The position numbers and the translations under genes are program-made. This document shows positions 47,027 through 56,997 of a DNA stretch of 64,000 bases, piece by piece; positions within the stretch are counted from its first letter, which is position 1; each line of letters starts with the position of its first letter. The notes under the pieces are model-generated. The model did no database searches. It saw only the letters and a program-made list of their open reading frames with translations, and had not been told where the DNA came from. The stretch covers positions 448,001-512,000 of the forward strand of contig CAVZYA010000001.1 of NCBI GenBank assembly GCA_963779415.1, written 5' to 3'. The stretch is from an uncultured Acidobacteriota bacterium (lineage in GTDB: Bacteria; Acidobacteriota; Thermoanaerobaculia; UBA5066).

Positions 47027-48815
47027 GAGCGCGGCCTCTCGACTTCGAACGGCAGGCGGACGGACCCCGTCACCGGACGGTCGAGGACGACGAGCCGCTC
47101 GTCCACGATCCGGGATCCGAGACTGTGGCGCGACCCTTCTCCCTGTTCTCCGTCGCCGAGGAGAGCCGCCGCCGAGGGGGGAAGCGCCGTGAGCGTGGAG
47201 GATCCCGTCGACGGCCCCGCGCCCGGAGACGACGAGCGCCGCTCCGAGCCGGTCGGCCGGGACGATCCGTTCGACGAACCGGCGCAGGTCCCCGAGGGAG
47301 CGCGGCTCACCGGGCTCCAGCGAGAAGACGGAGAGAGGAGATCGAGTTTCCGTCCCCGATGAAGAGAGTCGCCCGCCCGTCCGGAAGCTCGCGCGGAACC
47401 TTCAGCCGGACGACTTCGGTCCTCTCCGCTCCCCGCCGGTCCGCGAGACGCACCGTCGCGACGACGTCGGACCCGGGCGCGACGCGGCGGGAGACGAGAG
47501 CCGCGTCCACGATCCGGAAGCGGCGTTCGCCGGCGTCGCTCACGGCGTCGATCGTCACCCCCGAGATCATCGGGTCGGCGAAATCGTTGTCCGCGAGGAG
47601 CCCCGCGAGGACCGACGTCGTGAGGACGGCGGCCTCCTTCGCGTGCGGCCCCGAGAGGAGGTCCTCCCAGACCACCGGTCCGGCCGCCGTGTCGAACGAA
47701 ACCCGAAAGCGGAGCGTCCGGTCCTTCGGCGTCGGATCGGAGGTCGTCAGGGCCGCGTCCGTCGAGATCGCCAGGAGAAGCGGGAGGAGCTGCGGAAGAG
47801 GCACCACGCGGTATGCGAGATCGCGCGTCGTCGCCCCGGAGCGGAACCGGAACTTCACCGGCACCATCGGCGCCGTCCCGTCGGCACGGCCGGCAACGCC
47901 GGAGTCCCGGTCCCTCGTCAGCCGCCATCTCGCGGTCCCGGCCGGATGGCCGATCTTGAACGAAGTGTAGACGCTCGGAATGACCGTCAGAACCGTCGCC
48001 GGCGCGACGGGGACCTCAAGCTCGCCCATCCCGAGGAAGGGATGTCCGAAGGCGACGAATCGCCCGTCGCCGTCCACCTCCGTCACGGTCCCCGTGGCGC
48101 CCAATTGGTAGTCGCCGTCCACGAGGAGCGCGGTGATCGCGCCTCCCGCTGCGAGCGTGGGCGGCAGCGAGGGAGCCGGGACGGGGCCCCCGACGGTGGG
48201 CGCCGCCGCAACGGCTTCCGTCACGCCTATCTTCGCGAGGAGCCGGTCGTGCCGGAGAAGCGTCTCGGCCGGAATCGCGCTCCACGAGGGAGCGAGGAGA
48301 TTCGTCGACGCCTCGGGGAGGAACGATTCCATCTCGCGGAAGCGGCGTTCGAGCGTTCCGAACCCGGAGCCGGCGGGCGAGGAGAGCGCCTCGAGGAGCT
48401 CGGAAGGCCGGAACGTCGAGACAGGCCTCCCCACGGGCGCGGCGGAGGTGTTCTCGATCGAGAGCATCGCCTCGATCGGCGTCACGCCCCCGATCGCCTC
48501 CTTCTCGAACGGAATGCCGCTCGAGAGGGCTCCGGCGAGCTTGCCGTCGAGATAGATCGGGCTTCCGCTCATCCCCGCGACGATTCCGCTGTTTTCGAGC
48601 CCGAGCCCCGACGCGCGGACCATGATCGTGGACCGCCCGGGGGTGAGGGCGTGAATGACCCCGAGGACCTCCACCTCGAACCGCTCGATCTTCTCCCCCT
48701 TCACGACCGTCAACCCCCATCCCTTCATCCCCGGAACGACTTTCGAGAGCGGGAGGATCTCCTCGGCCCGGACGCCGGCGGCTCCGAGGAGCAGGGCCAG
48801 GACGACGGCCGTCAC
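47023..48815 (-). CDS. SpoIVB peptidase S55 domain protein, with two frameshifts near 47328 and 47210
   Basis: Signal peptide; PGMKGWGLTV..G..E.F.VE.LG; GIVAGMSGSP.Y.DGKL.GA; GTVT; FGHPF. The C-terminus continues in other frames to the stop at 47023. Confidence 0.82.
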
Positions 48816-48820
48816 AACTT

Positions 48821-48850
48821 TTGACCGCGGCGGAAGGGGCGTGCTACCTT
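48821..48850 (+). promoter_or_regulatory. Sigma70-like promoter of the tol-pal operon
   Basis: TTGACC, 18 nt spacer, TACCTT with a TG extended -10. Confidence 0.55.
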
Positions 48851-48900
48851 GCCGGGACGGTCCGCGACGGGTCCGTCGAAGGAGTGCAGCAAGGGGGGAC

Positions 48901-49596
48901 ATGACGGAAACCGGCGGCAGCAACATCATCCAGTTGTTCCTCGGCGCCGGCTGGACGGCGAAGGTCGTCCTCGGCATCCTCGCGGTCTTCTCCCTCGCGT
49001 CGTGGGCGATCATCGTCGCCAAGGCGTGGAGTTTCGCACGGGCGCGCGGCCAGAGCCGCGGCTTCCTTTCGAACTTCCGGAAGAGCCGGAAATTCGCCGA
49101 CGTCCTCTCCGTCTGCGACCGGTTCGAGTCGAGCCCGCTCGTGGGGCTCTTCCGGTCCGGGTACGCCGAGCTGGACCAGCAGGTCCGCGACGGCCGCGAG
49201 GTGGCCCCCTCCGACGCCGGGAGACTCTTCGTGAAGAGCCTTCCGGCCATCGAGCGGGCTCTCCAGCGCGCGGCCGGGGTCGAGACGACCCGGCTGACGC
49301 GCAGCATGCAGTTCCTCGCGACGACGGCCTCCGCGACCCCTTTCATCGGCCTCTTCGGGACGGTCTGGGGAATCATGGTCTCCTTCTCGCAGATCGCGGC
49401 CAAGGGGAACTCCTCGATCGTCGCGGTCGCGCCCGGAATCGCCGAGGCCCTCATCAACACGGCCGCGGGCCTCGTCGCCGCCGTTCCCGCCCTGATCGCC
49501 TACAACAACCTGAACGGCAAGGTCCGGGTGATGCGCGCGGAGATGAACGACTTCGCGCTGGAGTTCCTGAACCTCGCCGAGCGGCACTTCACCTGA
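48901..49596 (+). CDS. tolQ: TolQ (MotA/TolQ/ExbB proton channel)
   Basis: SLASWAII, ATPFIGLFGTVWGIM, VAPGIAEAL..TAAGL..AVPA; first gene of the tol-pal cluster. Confidence 0.92.
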   Translation: MTETGGSNIIQLFLGAGWTAKVVLGILAVFSLASWAIIVAKAWSFARARGQSRGFLSNFRKSRKFADVLSVCDRFESSPLVGLFRSGYAELDQQVRDGREVAPSDAGRLFVKSLPAIERALQRAAGVETTRLTRSMQFLATTASATPFIGLFGTVWGIMVSFSQIAAKGNSSIVAVAPGIAEALINTAAGLVAAVPALIAYNNLNGKVRVMRAEMNDFALEFLNLAERHFT

Positions 49597-49609
49597 GGCG
49601 GCCGCGGCG

Positions 49610-50032
49610 ATGTCCTTCCATCTGGACGACGAGACGCACGCCCTTTCCGACATCAACGTCACCCCGCTCGTGGACGTGATGCTCGTCCTCCTCGTCATCT
49701 TCATGGTGACGGCGCCGCTCCTCCAGCAGGGGATCGACGTCCAGCTCCCGAAGTCGGTGGCGCAGAACCTCCCCCAGGCGCCGGAGGACCCGATCATCCT
49801 CTCGATCACGAAGAACCAAGTCTACTACCTGAACGAGACGCCCGTCCCCCGCCAGCAGCTCTCGGAGCGCCTGAAGGTCATCCTCCGGAACCGGAGGAGC
49901 AAGGCGATCTACCTCAAGGCGGACCGGAACCTCCCGTACGGCACCGTCGTCGAGACGATGGACATCCTGAACCGCCTCGGCGTGGAAAGTCTCGGGATGG
50001 TGACCGAACTCCGGAGCGTCGAGAAACCGTGA
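49610..50032 (+). CDS. tolR: TolR (ExbD/TolR family)
   Basis: DINVTPLVDVMLVLLVIFMVTAP, ADRNLPYG. Confidence 0.92.
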   Translation: MSFHLDDETHALSDINVTPLVDVMLVLLVIFMVTAPLLQQGIDVQLPKSVAQNLPQAPEDPIILSITKNQVYYLNETPVPRQQLSERLKVILRNRRSKAIYLKADRNLPYGTVVETMDILNRLGVESLGMVTELRSVEKP

Positions 50033-50757
50033 CCGTTTCGGAGGTCCTGGAGCGGCGTCTCGAACGGGCCGACGCCCCGTTCGGCCTCGGGCCGGGGGTT
50101 TCTCTCGCGGCGCACGTCGCCTTCCTCGCCCTCCTCATCCTCGTGTCGCGCCCGCGCCCGGTGACCCTCATCCCGGTGGCGCTCCCGGTCCGGGTCGTCT
50201 CTCCCGGGGCGCTCCGCGTGCGGCCGGCTCCTCCCGTCGCGCCCGCGCCGACCCCGGTTCCCGAAAAGCCGGCGAAGCCGAAGCACTTCATCGAGAAGCT
50301 GAACCAGAAACCGGTCCCGTCCGCCACCGCCATGCCCGACCCGTTCGCGAAGAAGAAGTCCGCGCCGACGCCGGTCCCGGCGCCCCCCGCCGTCCCCGCG
50401 CTCGACCTCCCGACCGCCGGCGCGAACGGCGGCGCGGCCGGCGCGCCGGGGCTCAGCTTCGGCACCGACGTCGCCGCCCTCGATGCCGACTTTCCGTTCG
50501 CCTTCTACGTCGACCAGATGCTCACCCTGATCGGCGGCAACTGGCTGAAGCCGGAGGTCTCCGAAGGGACCGCCGCCATCATCGCCTTCAACATCCAGCG
50601 CGACGGCCGGGTCACGGAAGTGAAGCTGATCTCTCCCTCGGGCGTCGGCGTCTATGACCGCGCCGCCATCCGGGCCGTCTATGCCGCCAATCCGCTCCCG
50701 CCGCTCCCGCCGGAGTTCACCGGCGAGCGGCTCGGCGTCCATCTCCGATTCCGGTAA
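50029..50757 (+). CDS. tolA: TolA/TonB family energy transducer
   Basis: TM helix with S-x3-H (SLAAHV), Pro-rich linker, TonB_C-like C-terminal domain (NW, F.IQRDG, SG...YDRAA.RAV..ANPLPPLP); position between tolR and tolB. Confidence 0.8.
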   Translation: MTVSEVLERRLERADAPFGLGPGVSLAAHVAFLALLILVSRPRPVTLIPVALPVRVVSPGALRVRPAPPVAPAPTPVPEKPAKPKHFIEKLNQKPVPSATAMPDPFAKKKSAPTPVPAPPAVPALDLPTAGANGGAAGAPGLSFGTDVAALDADFPFAFYVDQMLTLIGGNWLKPEVSEGTAAIIAFNIQRDGRVTEVKLISPSGVGVYDRAAIRAVYAANPLPPLPPEFTGERLGVHLRFR

Positions 50758-50778
50758 CGCTCCCACGGAGGAACCTTC

Positions 50779-52161
50779 GTGAAGATCCGCCTGATCGCCC
50801 TTCCGGTAATCCTCGCCGCCCGCCTCGCCGCCGGGGCGCAGGGGCCGCCGGTACCGACACCCGTCCCGCCGGCCACGCCCTCCACCCTCTCTCCGGCGTC
50901 GCCCCAGGAGACGATCATCGCCGTCGACATCTCGAAGCCGAGCGGCGTGAGGACGGCGCTCGCGATCCCGGTCCCGATCTCCCCCCTGACGCCGGAGCTC
51001 CGGACGAAGGCGGTCGATCCGTTCTTCAAGGCGCTGACCGACGACCTCTCCGGCTATCCCGCGTTCGTCGTCGCCGACCCGTCGCTCTACCCCAAGGGGA
51101 CGCGGCCTCCGGTCGCCCGCGAGGACGGCGACGCGTGGATCGCGTCGGGAGCGCAGTTTCTCCTCGATACGCAGGTCCACCCTTCGGGCGCCGGTATCGA
51201 GGTGAGCGCCCAGCTCTACGACCTGAAGTCGCTGCGGAGCGTTCTCGGCAAGGCGTACACGAGCGAGCTGGCCGGGGCGAGGCGGATCGCCCACACGCTC
51301 GCGAACGACGTCGTCCGGCAGTTCACCGGACGGCCGGGCCCCTTCCTCGCAAGGCTCGCCTTCGTCTCCGATCGGACGTCGCCGAAAGGACAGCGGCTGG
51401 AGAAGGAGATCTACCTGATGGACTGGGACGGCGAGAACCAGTGGCGCCTGACGGCGACGCGAAACCTCGCCCTCGCGCCGGACTGGTCCCCGGACGGGAA
51501 GTCGATCGTCTTCCAGTCTTATTTCAAGGGGACGCCCGGCCTCTTCCTAGTCCCGACCGCCGGTGGCCTGCCGAAGGAGATTCCCCTCTCGACCGAGCTG
51601 AACTCCTCGCCGTCCTTCTCCCCCGACGGCAGGTCGATCGCCTACTGCGGCAGCGTGCGCGGAAATCCCGAGATCTTCGTCGTGAGCCCGGACGGCACCG
51701 GCCTTCGCCGCCTCACGGACAACCAGGCCGTCGACTCCACCCCCCGATGGGCGCCGAACGGGCGGGAGATGGCCTTCACGTCGAATCGGCAGGGCTCCCC
51801 CCAGATCTACCTGATGGACGGCGAAGGGGCGAACGTGCGGCGGGTTTCGCTGGCGGGAAACTGGAACGACGAGGCGGTTTTCGCGCCCGACGGCTCGCGG
51901 ATCGCCTTCGCCTGCGGGAACGAGGGAGCGCTCCAGGTCTGCATCCTCGACCTCCTCTCCGGCCGGACGTTCCAGATCTCGACCGGGCCCGGCGCCCACG
52001 AGAATCCGACGTGGTCCCCCGACGGCTCCAAGATCGCGTGGGAGGTGACGACGGACGACGGGACGCAGATCCGCGTCGCCAACACGGACGGCTCGTCGCC
52101 CCGGATCGTGACCTCCGTCGGGAACAACTCCTCGCCCGCGTGGTCGAAGACGCTAGAATGA
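50779..52161 (+). CDS. tolB: Tol-Pal system beta-propeller protein TolB
   Basis: Signal peptide, RRIAH, RLAFVS, six PD40 repeats (WSPDG, FSPDG). Confidence 0.93.
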   Translation: MKIRLIALPVILAARLAAGAQGPPVPTPVPPATPSTLSPASPQETIIAVDISKPSGVRTALAIPVPISPLTPELRTKAVDPFFKALTDDLSGYPAFVVADPSLYPKGTRPPVAREDGDAWIASGAQFLLDTQVHPSGAGIEVSAQLYDLKSLRSVLGKAYTSELAGARRIAHTLANDVVRQFTGRPGPFLARLAFVSDRTSPKGQRLEKEIYLMDWDGENQWRLTATRNLALAPDWSPDGKSIVFQSYFKGTPGLFLVPTAGGLPKEIPLSTELNSSPSFSPDGRSIAYCGSVRGNPEIFVVSPDGTGLRRLTDNQAVDSTPRWAPNGREMAFTSNRQGSPQIYLMDGEGANVRRVSLAGNWNDEAVFAPDGSRIAFACGNEGALQVCILDLLSGRTFQISTGPGAHENPTWSPDGSKIAWEVTTDDGTQIRVANTDGSSPRIVTSVGNNSSPAWSKTLE

Positions 52162-52237
52162 CCGCCGCCCCCGGGACGGCCGGGGCTCTTCCGGTCAGAG
52201 GTTGCCCGGACCCCAGCGCCCCAGAAAGGACTCCGAG

Positions 52238-52804
52238 ATGATTCGTCCTCTGCGCACGTTGCGACCGGTCGCCATCGCCGCCTTCGTCGTCTTCGCGGCC
52301 GCCTGTTCCAAGCAGCCCAAGCCCGAGACGACGCCCGGGCCGACCCCGACCCCCGTCCCGGTGGTGGTGAAGCCGATGCCGACTCCCATTCCCGTCCCCG
52401 AGAAGCCTCCCGAGACGCCCCGGGTCGCGGAGATGACGATCGCGAACCGGACCCTCGCCGAGATTTCCGGGTATCTCAAGCCTGCCTTTTTCGATTACGA
52501 CGCGGCCGAGATCCGGCCCGACGCCCGTGAGGTCCTCGGCGCCGACGCCGACTTCCTCAAGAAGTGGCCCACGGTGAAGGTCACGATCGAGGGGTACTGC
52601 GACGATCGCGGCACCCGCGAATACAACATGGCTCTCGGCCAGCGCCGGGCCTCGGCCGCGAGGGACTTCCTCGTCTCCCTCGGCATCGACTCGCGCCGCA
52701 TCCAGATCATCTCCTACGGCAAGGAGCGTCCGTTCTGTTCGGAGCGGAACGAGGAGTGCTGGCAGAAGAACCGCCGGGCGAACTTCGTGGTGACGGCGAA
52801 GTGA
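52238..52804 (+). CDS. pal: Peptidoglycan-associated lipoprotein Pal
   Basis: Lipobox AAAC, FFDYD, IEGYCDDRGTREYNMALGQRRA, SYGKERP, NRRA. Confidence 0.95.
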   Translation: MIRPLRTLRPVAIAAFVVFAAACSKQPKPETTPGPTPTPVPVVVKPMPTPIPVPEKPPETPRVAEMTIANRTLAEISGYLKPAFFDYDAAEIRPDAREVLGADADFLKKWPTVKVTIEGYCDDRGTREYNMALGQRRASAARDFLVSLGIDSRRIQIISYGKERPFCSERNEECWQKNRRANFVVTAK

Positions 52805-53589
52805 GAATCGCTTTCCCTCTCGCCGCCCGGCTCCTCCCGATGGCCGCGGCGCTCTTCGTCGGGGGCTGCGTCAGCGGCAGCGACATCGAGAGGCTTCAGC
52901 GCCAGATCAGCGGCGTCGAGAAGAAGGTCGACGCGCTCTCGTCGCAGGCCTCGTCGCGCGAGGAGGTCCAGAAGCTGAGCGACAGCCTCGGCAAGCAGTC
53001 GACGGCGCTCCTCCGCTCGAACGCCGAGATCGGGACGAAGTTCGACGACCTGAGCCGCGACATGCAGACCCTCGCCGGGAAGCTGGAGGACGCGAACCGC
53101 CGGCTCCGCGAGGTCTCGCAGCAGCTCGCCGAGATGCAGGCCCGCGCCTCCGGCGCCGCGGGAGCCCCCCCGGCCACGGCCGCCGCCGCCGGGGCAAAGG
53201 CCGCCTCACCCGCCGATCTCTACTCGCAGGCGACGGCGGATTACCAGCGCGGGCAGTTCGACCTCGCCCGCCAGGGTTTCCAGGAATACCTCGACTCCTA
53301 CCCGAAGACCGACCTCTCCGACGACGCCGCCTACTGGATCGGCGAGTGCTACGCCGCCCAGAAGAAGCCGCGGGAGGCGATCGCCGCATGGGAGCGCCTC
53401 TTCAAACAGTACCCCGACAGCGACCGGGCCGCGGCGGCGCACCTGAAGAAAGGGGTCGCCCACCTCGATCTCGGCGAAAAGGCGCAGGCCATCGTCGAGA
53501 TGCAGTTCGTCGTTCACGAGTATCCCCGCTCGGACGAGGCGAAGAGCGCGCGGCAGCGCCTGAAGACGCTGGGCGCCGACGCCCGTTAG
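52801..53589 (+). CDS. cpoB: Tol-Pal system protein YbgF/CpoB
   Basis: Lipobox VGGC, coiled coil, TPRs (AAYWIGECY); GTGA overlap with pal. Confidence 0.9.
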   Translation: MRIAFPLAARLLPMAAALFVGGCVSGSDIERLQRQISGVEKKVDALSSQASSREEVQKLSDSLGKQSTALLRSNAEIGTKFDDLSRDMQTLAGKLEDANRRLREVSQQLAEMQARASGAAGAPPATAAAAGAKAASPADLYSQATADYQRGQFDLARQGFQEYLDSYPKTDLSDDAAYWIGECYAAQKKPREAIAAWERLFKQYPDSDRAAAAHLKKGVAHLDLGEKAQAIVEMQFVVHEYPRSDEAKSARQRLKTLGADAR

Positions 53590-53626
53590 GGTCCGCGCGA
53601 CACCACGAAGCCAGAAGGAAGGAAGA

Positions 53627-53902
53627 ATGGCCAACACCAAGCAGGCGAAGAAGCGCGCCGCCCAGAACGTCCGGCGCCGCGTGAGAAACCGCTCCATCCT
53701 CACCCGCGTCCGGCATGCCGTCCGCGACCTCCGCGCCGCCGCGGTCGAAGGGGCCGAGAAGGCGCCCGAGACGCTCAGGCAGATCGTCTCCGACCTCGAC
53801 CGCGCCGTGAAGAAAGGGGTCGTTCATCACAACACGGCATCGCGGCTGAAGTCCCGCGTGACGAAGTCCGTGGCGAAAGGGGCAACGGGCGCGAAGAAGT
53901 AG
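53627..53902 (+). CDS. rpsT: 30S ribosomal protein S20
   Basis: MANTKQAKKR, RNRS, DRAVKKGVVHHNTASRLKSR. Confidence 0.96.
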   Translation: MANTKQAKKRAAQNVRRRVRNRSILTRVRHAVRDLRAAAVEGAEKAPETLRQIVSDLDRAVKKGVVHHNTASRLKSRVTKSVAKGATGAKK

Positions 53903-53905
53903 CGG

Positions 53906-54421
53906 CTAGAACCCTTCGAGGATCGTCGCGACGACGCTCCGGGCGAAGGGCTGGGCGAGCTGGTCCACGGCGAGGATCTCCGGGTTGAAGTAAGTCGAGT
54001 TCTGGACCGGGACGGGGTACGGCTGCCGGAAGAGGAACGCCGGGTCGTCGAAGAGGACCTTGTCCGTCTTCCGGTCGGTGAGCGTGATCCGGGCCATGAC
54101 CATGACCTGGTACTCGAGCGCCCGCCCCTGTGCGTCGAACTGGACCGGCTGGAGCGAGTAGCTCGTCACCCGGCCGACGAGGACGGAGTCCGCCTGCTCG
54201 AGGCTCCTGGCAGGCGTGAGCCGGCGGCGCGCCGATAGCTCGCGGAGGACAGCGCTCGTGAGCCGCTGCTCGAGGCTGACGACGCTCGTATCGTTGATGA
54301 ACGCCGGGACCCAGACCGTCCGGACGTCCTCGGGGAGCCACCCCTTGCTCGTCCCGACGAGGCTGTATCCGCAGCCGGCGAGGCCGAGCACGATGGCGGT
54401 CGCGACAAGGGAGCGCATCAC
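53906..54421 (-). CDS. lptE: LPS assembly lipoprotein LptE family
   Basis: Lipobox [13 protein letters not shown]; directly downstream of leuS. Start at GTG 54421 or ATG 54418. Confidence 0.85.
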   Translation of the reverse strand: MMRSLVATAIVLGLAGCGYSLVGTSKGWLPEDVRTVWVPAFINDTSVVSLEQRLTSAVLRELSARRRLTPARSLEQADSVLVGRVTSYSLQPVQFDAQGRALEYQVMVMARITLTDRKTDKVLFDDPAFLFRQPYPVPVQNSTYFNPEILAVDQLAQPFARSVVATILEGF

Positions 54422-56961
54422 CGGACCACGAGGTTCAGGAGCCGGTCCGGAACGAAGACCGTCCGGACGCGGGTCTTCCCGTCCAGCCATTTCGCGATCG
54501 ACGGGTCGCGGCCGGCTTCCGCCACGACCTCGGCCTCGGCGGTTCCCCGCGCGACATGGATCTGGCCCCGCACCTTGCCGCTCACCTGCACGATCACGGT
54601 CGCACGCTCCTCCACCGCGAGGGCCGGATCGAACGAGGGCCAGCCGGCGAGGAGGAGGCTCGTCCCGAAGCCGATCCGCTCGTTCAGCTCCTCGGTCAGG
54701 TGCGGGGCGACCGGGTGCATGAGCGAAAGGAGCGTCCGGACCGAGGCCGCGGTCTCTCCCGGCTCGGCGGCCGGATCGTTCACGAGGTCCGCGACCTGGC
54801 GGGAGAACTCCATCAGGCGGGCGACCGCCGTGTGGAAGGAGAAGGCGTCGAAATCCTCCGTCACACGCCTCACGGCCATGTGACGAAGGCGCGCCGCCGG
54901 CGTGTCGGCTCTCTTCGGGGCGCCGTTCGGGTCGCCGCCCGAGGCGGCGAACTTCTCCACCGCCGTCCGGACGCGCGAGAGGAAGCGCTCCACCCCCGCG
55001 ATCCCGTCGTCGCTCCACTCGGCCTCCTTCTCGGCCGGCCCGAGGAAGAGGACGAAAGCCCGGACGGCGTCGGAGCCTTTCTCGGCGATCAGAGGGTCGA
55101 GCGACACCGCGTTCCCGCGCGACTTGGACATCTTCTCGACGCGCCCCGTGGGAGAGAGGCGCGTGATCATCCCCTGGTTGAAGAGGGCCGAGAACGGCTC
55201 CTCGAAGGAGACGAGGCCGAGGTCCTTCATGACCCGGGCGAAGAAACGCGCGTAGAGAAGGTGCAGGATCGCGTGCTCGATCCCGCCGATGTACTGCGTC
55301 ACCGGCGCCCATCGCCGGACGATCTCCCGGTCGAAGGGGGCGGCGCGGTTCCTGGGGTCGAGGTACCGGAGGAAATACCAGGAAGAGTCGACGAACGTGT
55401 CCATCGTGTCGGTCTCGCGCCGGGCCGCGCGCCCGCAGCGCGGGCACGGCGTCCTGACGAACGAATCGACTTTCGTCAGCGGATTTCCCCCCTCTCCCGT
55501 GAAGGGAGCGTCGGGGGGGAGGATGACCGGAAGCTCCGACTCCGGCACCGGAACCCAGCCGCACCTCTCACAATGGACCATCGGGATCGGCGTCCCCCAG
55601 TAGCGCTGCCGCGAAATGAGCCAGTCGCGAAGCCGGTAGCGGACGCGCGCCCCTCCGATCCCCCGCTTTTCGGCCTCCGCGGCGATCGCCTCGCCGGCCG
55701 GTGAAGAAGACATTCCCGTGAAAGGACCAGAGGCGACCAGCACGCCTTCTCCCGCGTAGCACTCGATCGAACCCGCCGCCGCGACCGTGCCGCCCGTGCT
55801 TCGAGTTTCTCTTTCTTTCTTTCTAAGAGAATCTTCCGGGTCTTTCCTTCCATCCGCTTCCGGCTCGATGACCTTCACGATCCCGATGCCGTACTTGTTC
55901 GCGAACTCGTAGTCGCGCGTGTCGTGCGCGGGGACGGCCATCAGCGCACCGGTTCCGTATCCGGCGATGACGAAGTTCGCAAGCCAGACCGGGATCGTCT
56001 CTCCGGTGAACGGGTTGATCGCGGTCCGCCCCGTGTCGCGCCCGTCCTTCTCTGCTTCTTCCGCCTCCCGGTCGATACGCTGCTGGTTCCGGATGGAGGT
56101 GACCCACGTCTCCAGAGCGGCGCGGTCGGGGTGTCCCTCGAGAAGCCGAGGGACCATCGGGTGCTCGGGCGCCAGGATCAGCGCCGTGGCGCCGAAGACG
56201 GTGTCGGGGCGGGTCGTGAAGACGCGGATCTTCTCGCCGAGGGAGGGGATCGCGAAGTCGAGGTCCGCCCCCACGGACCGGCCGATCCAGTTCTTCTGCA
56301 TGAGGCGGACCTTCTCGGGCCACTTCCCGAGCTGATCCAGACCGGCGAGGAGGGAGTCCGCATACTCGGTGATCCGGAGGAACCACTGCTCCAGCTCGCG
56401 CTGGACGACGGGCGTCCCGCACCGCTCGCAGGTCCCCCCTTCCGCCTGCTCGTTCGCGAGGACGGTGGCGCAGGAAGGGCACCAGTTCACCGGCGCCTTC
56501 CGCCGGACGGCGAGCCCTCGCTCGAGCATCTTCAGGAAGAGCCACTGGTTCCACCGGTAGTACTCCGGCTCGCAGGTGGTGACTTCCTTCGTCCAGTCGT
56601 AGAGGACGCCCCACGACCGGAACTGTTCCTTCATCACCCGGATGTTCTCGAGCGTCGAGGCACGCGGATGGATCCCCTTCTGGATGGCGTAGTTCTCGGC
56701 CGGAAGTCCGAAGGCGTCCCACCCCATCGGGTTGAAGACCGTCCGGCCGCGCTGCCGGAGATACCGGTAGAGCGCGTCGGTCAGGTAGTACGTCCGGGCG
56801 TGCCCGACGTGAAGCCGGTCTCCGGAAGGGTACGGGAGCATCACGAGGAGATAGGTCCCGGATCGGGAGGGGTCGGCGGTGTCGACGTACGCGATCCGGT
56901 CGGCGTCCCAGCGCGCCTGCCATTTCTTCTCGACGGCGAGGATCTCTTCGCTCCGGCTCAT
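54418..56961 (-). CDS. leuS: Leucine--tRNA ligase
   Basis: [62 protein letters not shown]. Confidence 0.97.
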   Translation of the reverse strand: MSRSEEILAVEKKWQARWDADRIAYVDTADPSRSGTYLLVMLPYPSGDRLHVGHARTYYLTDALYRYLRQRGRTVFNPMGWDAFGLPAENYAIQKGIHPRASTLENIRVMKEQFRSWGVLYDWTKEVTTCEPEYYRWNQWLFLKMLERGLAVRRKAPVNWCPSCATVLANEQAEGGTCERCGTPVVQRELEQWFLRITEYADSLLAGLDQLGKWPEKVRLMQKNWIGRSVGADLDFAIPSLGEKIRVFTTRPDTVFGATALILAPEHPMVPRLLEGHPDRAALETWVTSIRNQQRIDREAEEAEKDGRDTGRTAINPFTGETIPVWLANFVIAGYGTGALMAVPAHDTRDYEFANKYGIGIVKVIEPEADGRKDPEDSLRKKERETRSTGGTVAAAGSIECYAGEGVLVASGPFTGMSSSPAGEAIAAEAEKRGIGGARVRYRLRDWLISRQRYWGTPIPMVHCERCGWVPVPESELPVILPPDAPFTGEGGNPLTKVDSFVRTPCPRCGRAARRETDTMDTFVDSSWYFLRYLDPRNRAAPFDREIVRRWAPVTQYIGGIEHAILHLLYARFFARVMKDLGLVSFEEPFSALFNQGMITRLSPTGRVEKMSKSRGNAVSLDPLIAEKGSDAVRAFVLFLGPAEKEAEWSDDGIAGVERFLSRVRTAVEKFAASGGDPNGAPKRADTPAARLRHMAVRRVTEDFDAFSFHTAVARLMEFSRQVADLVNDPAAEPGETAASVRTLLSLMHPVAPHLTEELNERIGFGTSLLLAGWPSFDPALAVEERATVIVQVSGKVRGQIHVARGTAEAEVVAEAGRDPSIAKWLDGKTRVRTVFVPDRLLNLVVR

Positions 56962-56997
56962 GCGAGGCGCGAGTGTAGACGAATCGGGTCCGTGCGA

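Noticed and set aside
44751-47330. Propeller and S55 genes as pseudogenes; 1211-aa fusion ORF 43171..46806
   Set aside because: About seven single-base frameshifts in one stretch with no other sign of decay suggest sequencing errors. The ABC lipoprotein has its own GTG and lipobox at 44754.
52166-52190. Hairpin between tolB and pal as a terminator
   Set aside because: The GC-rich stem has only a weak TCTT tail; support is insufficient.
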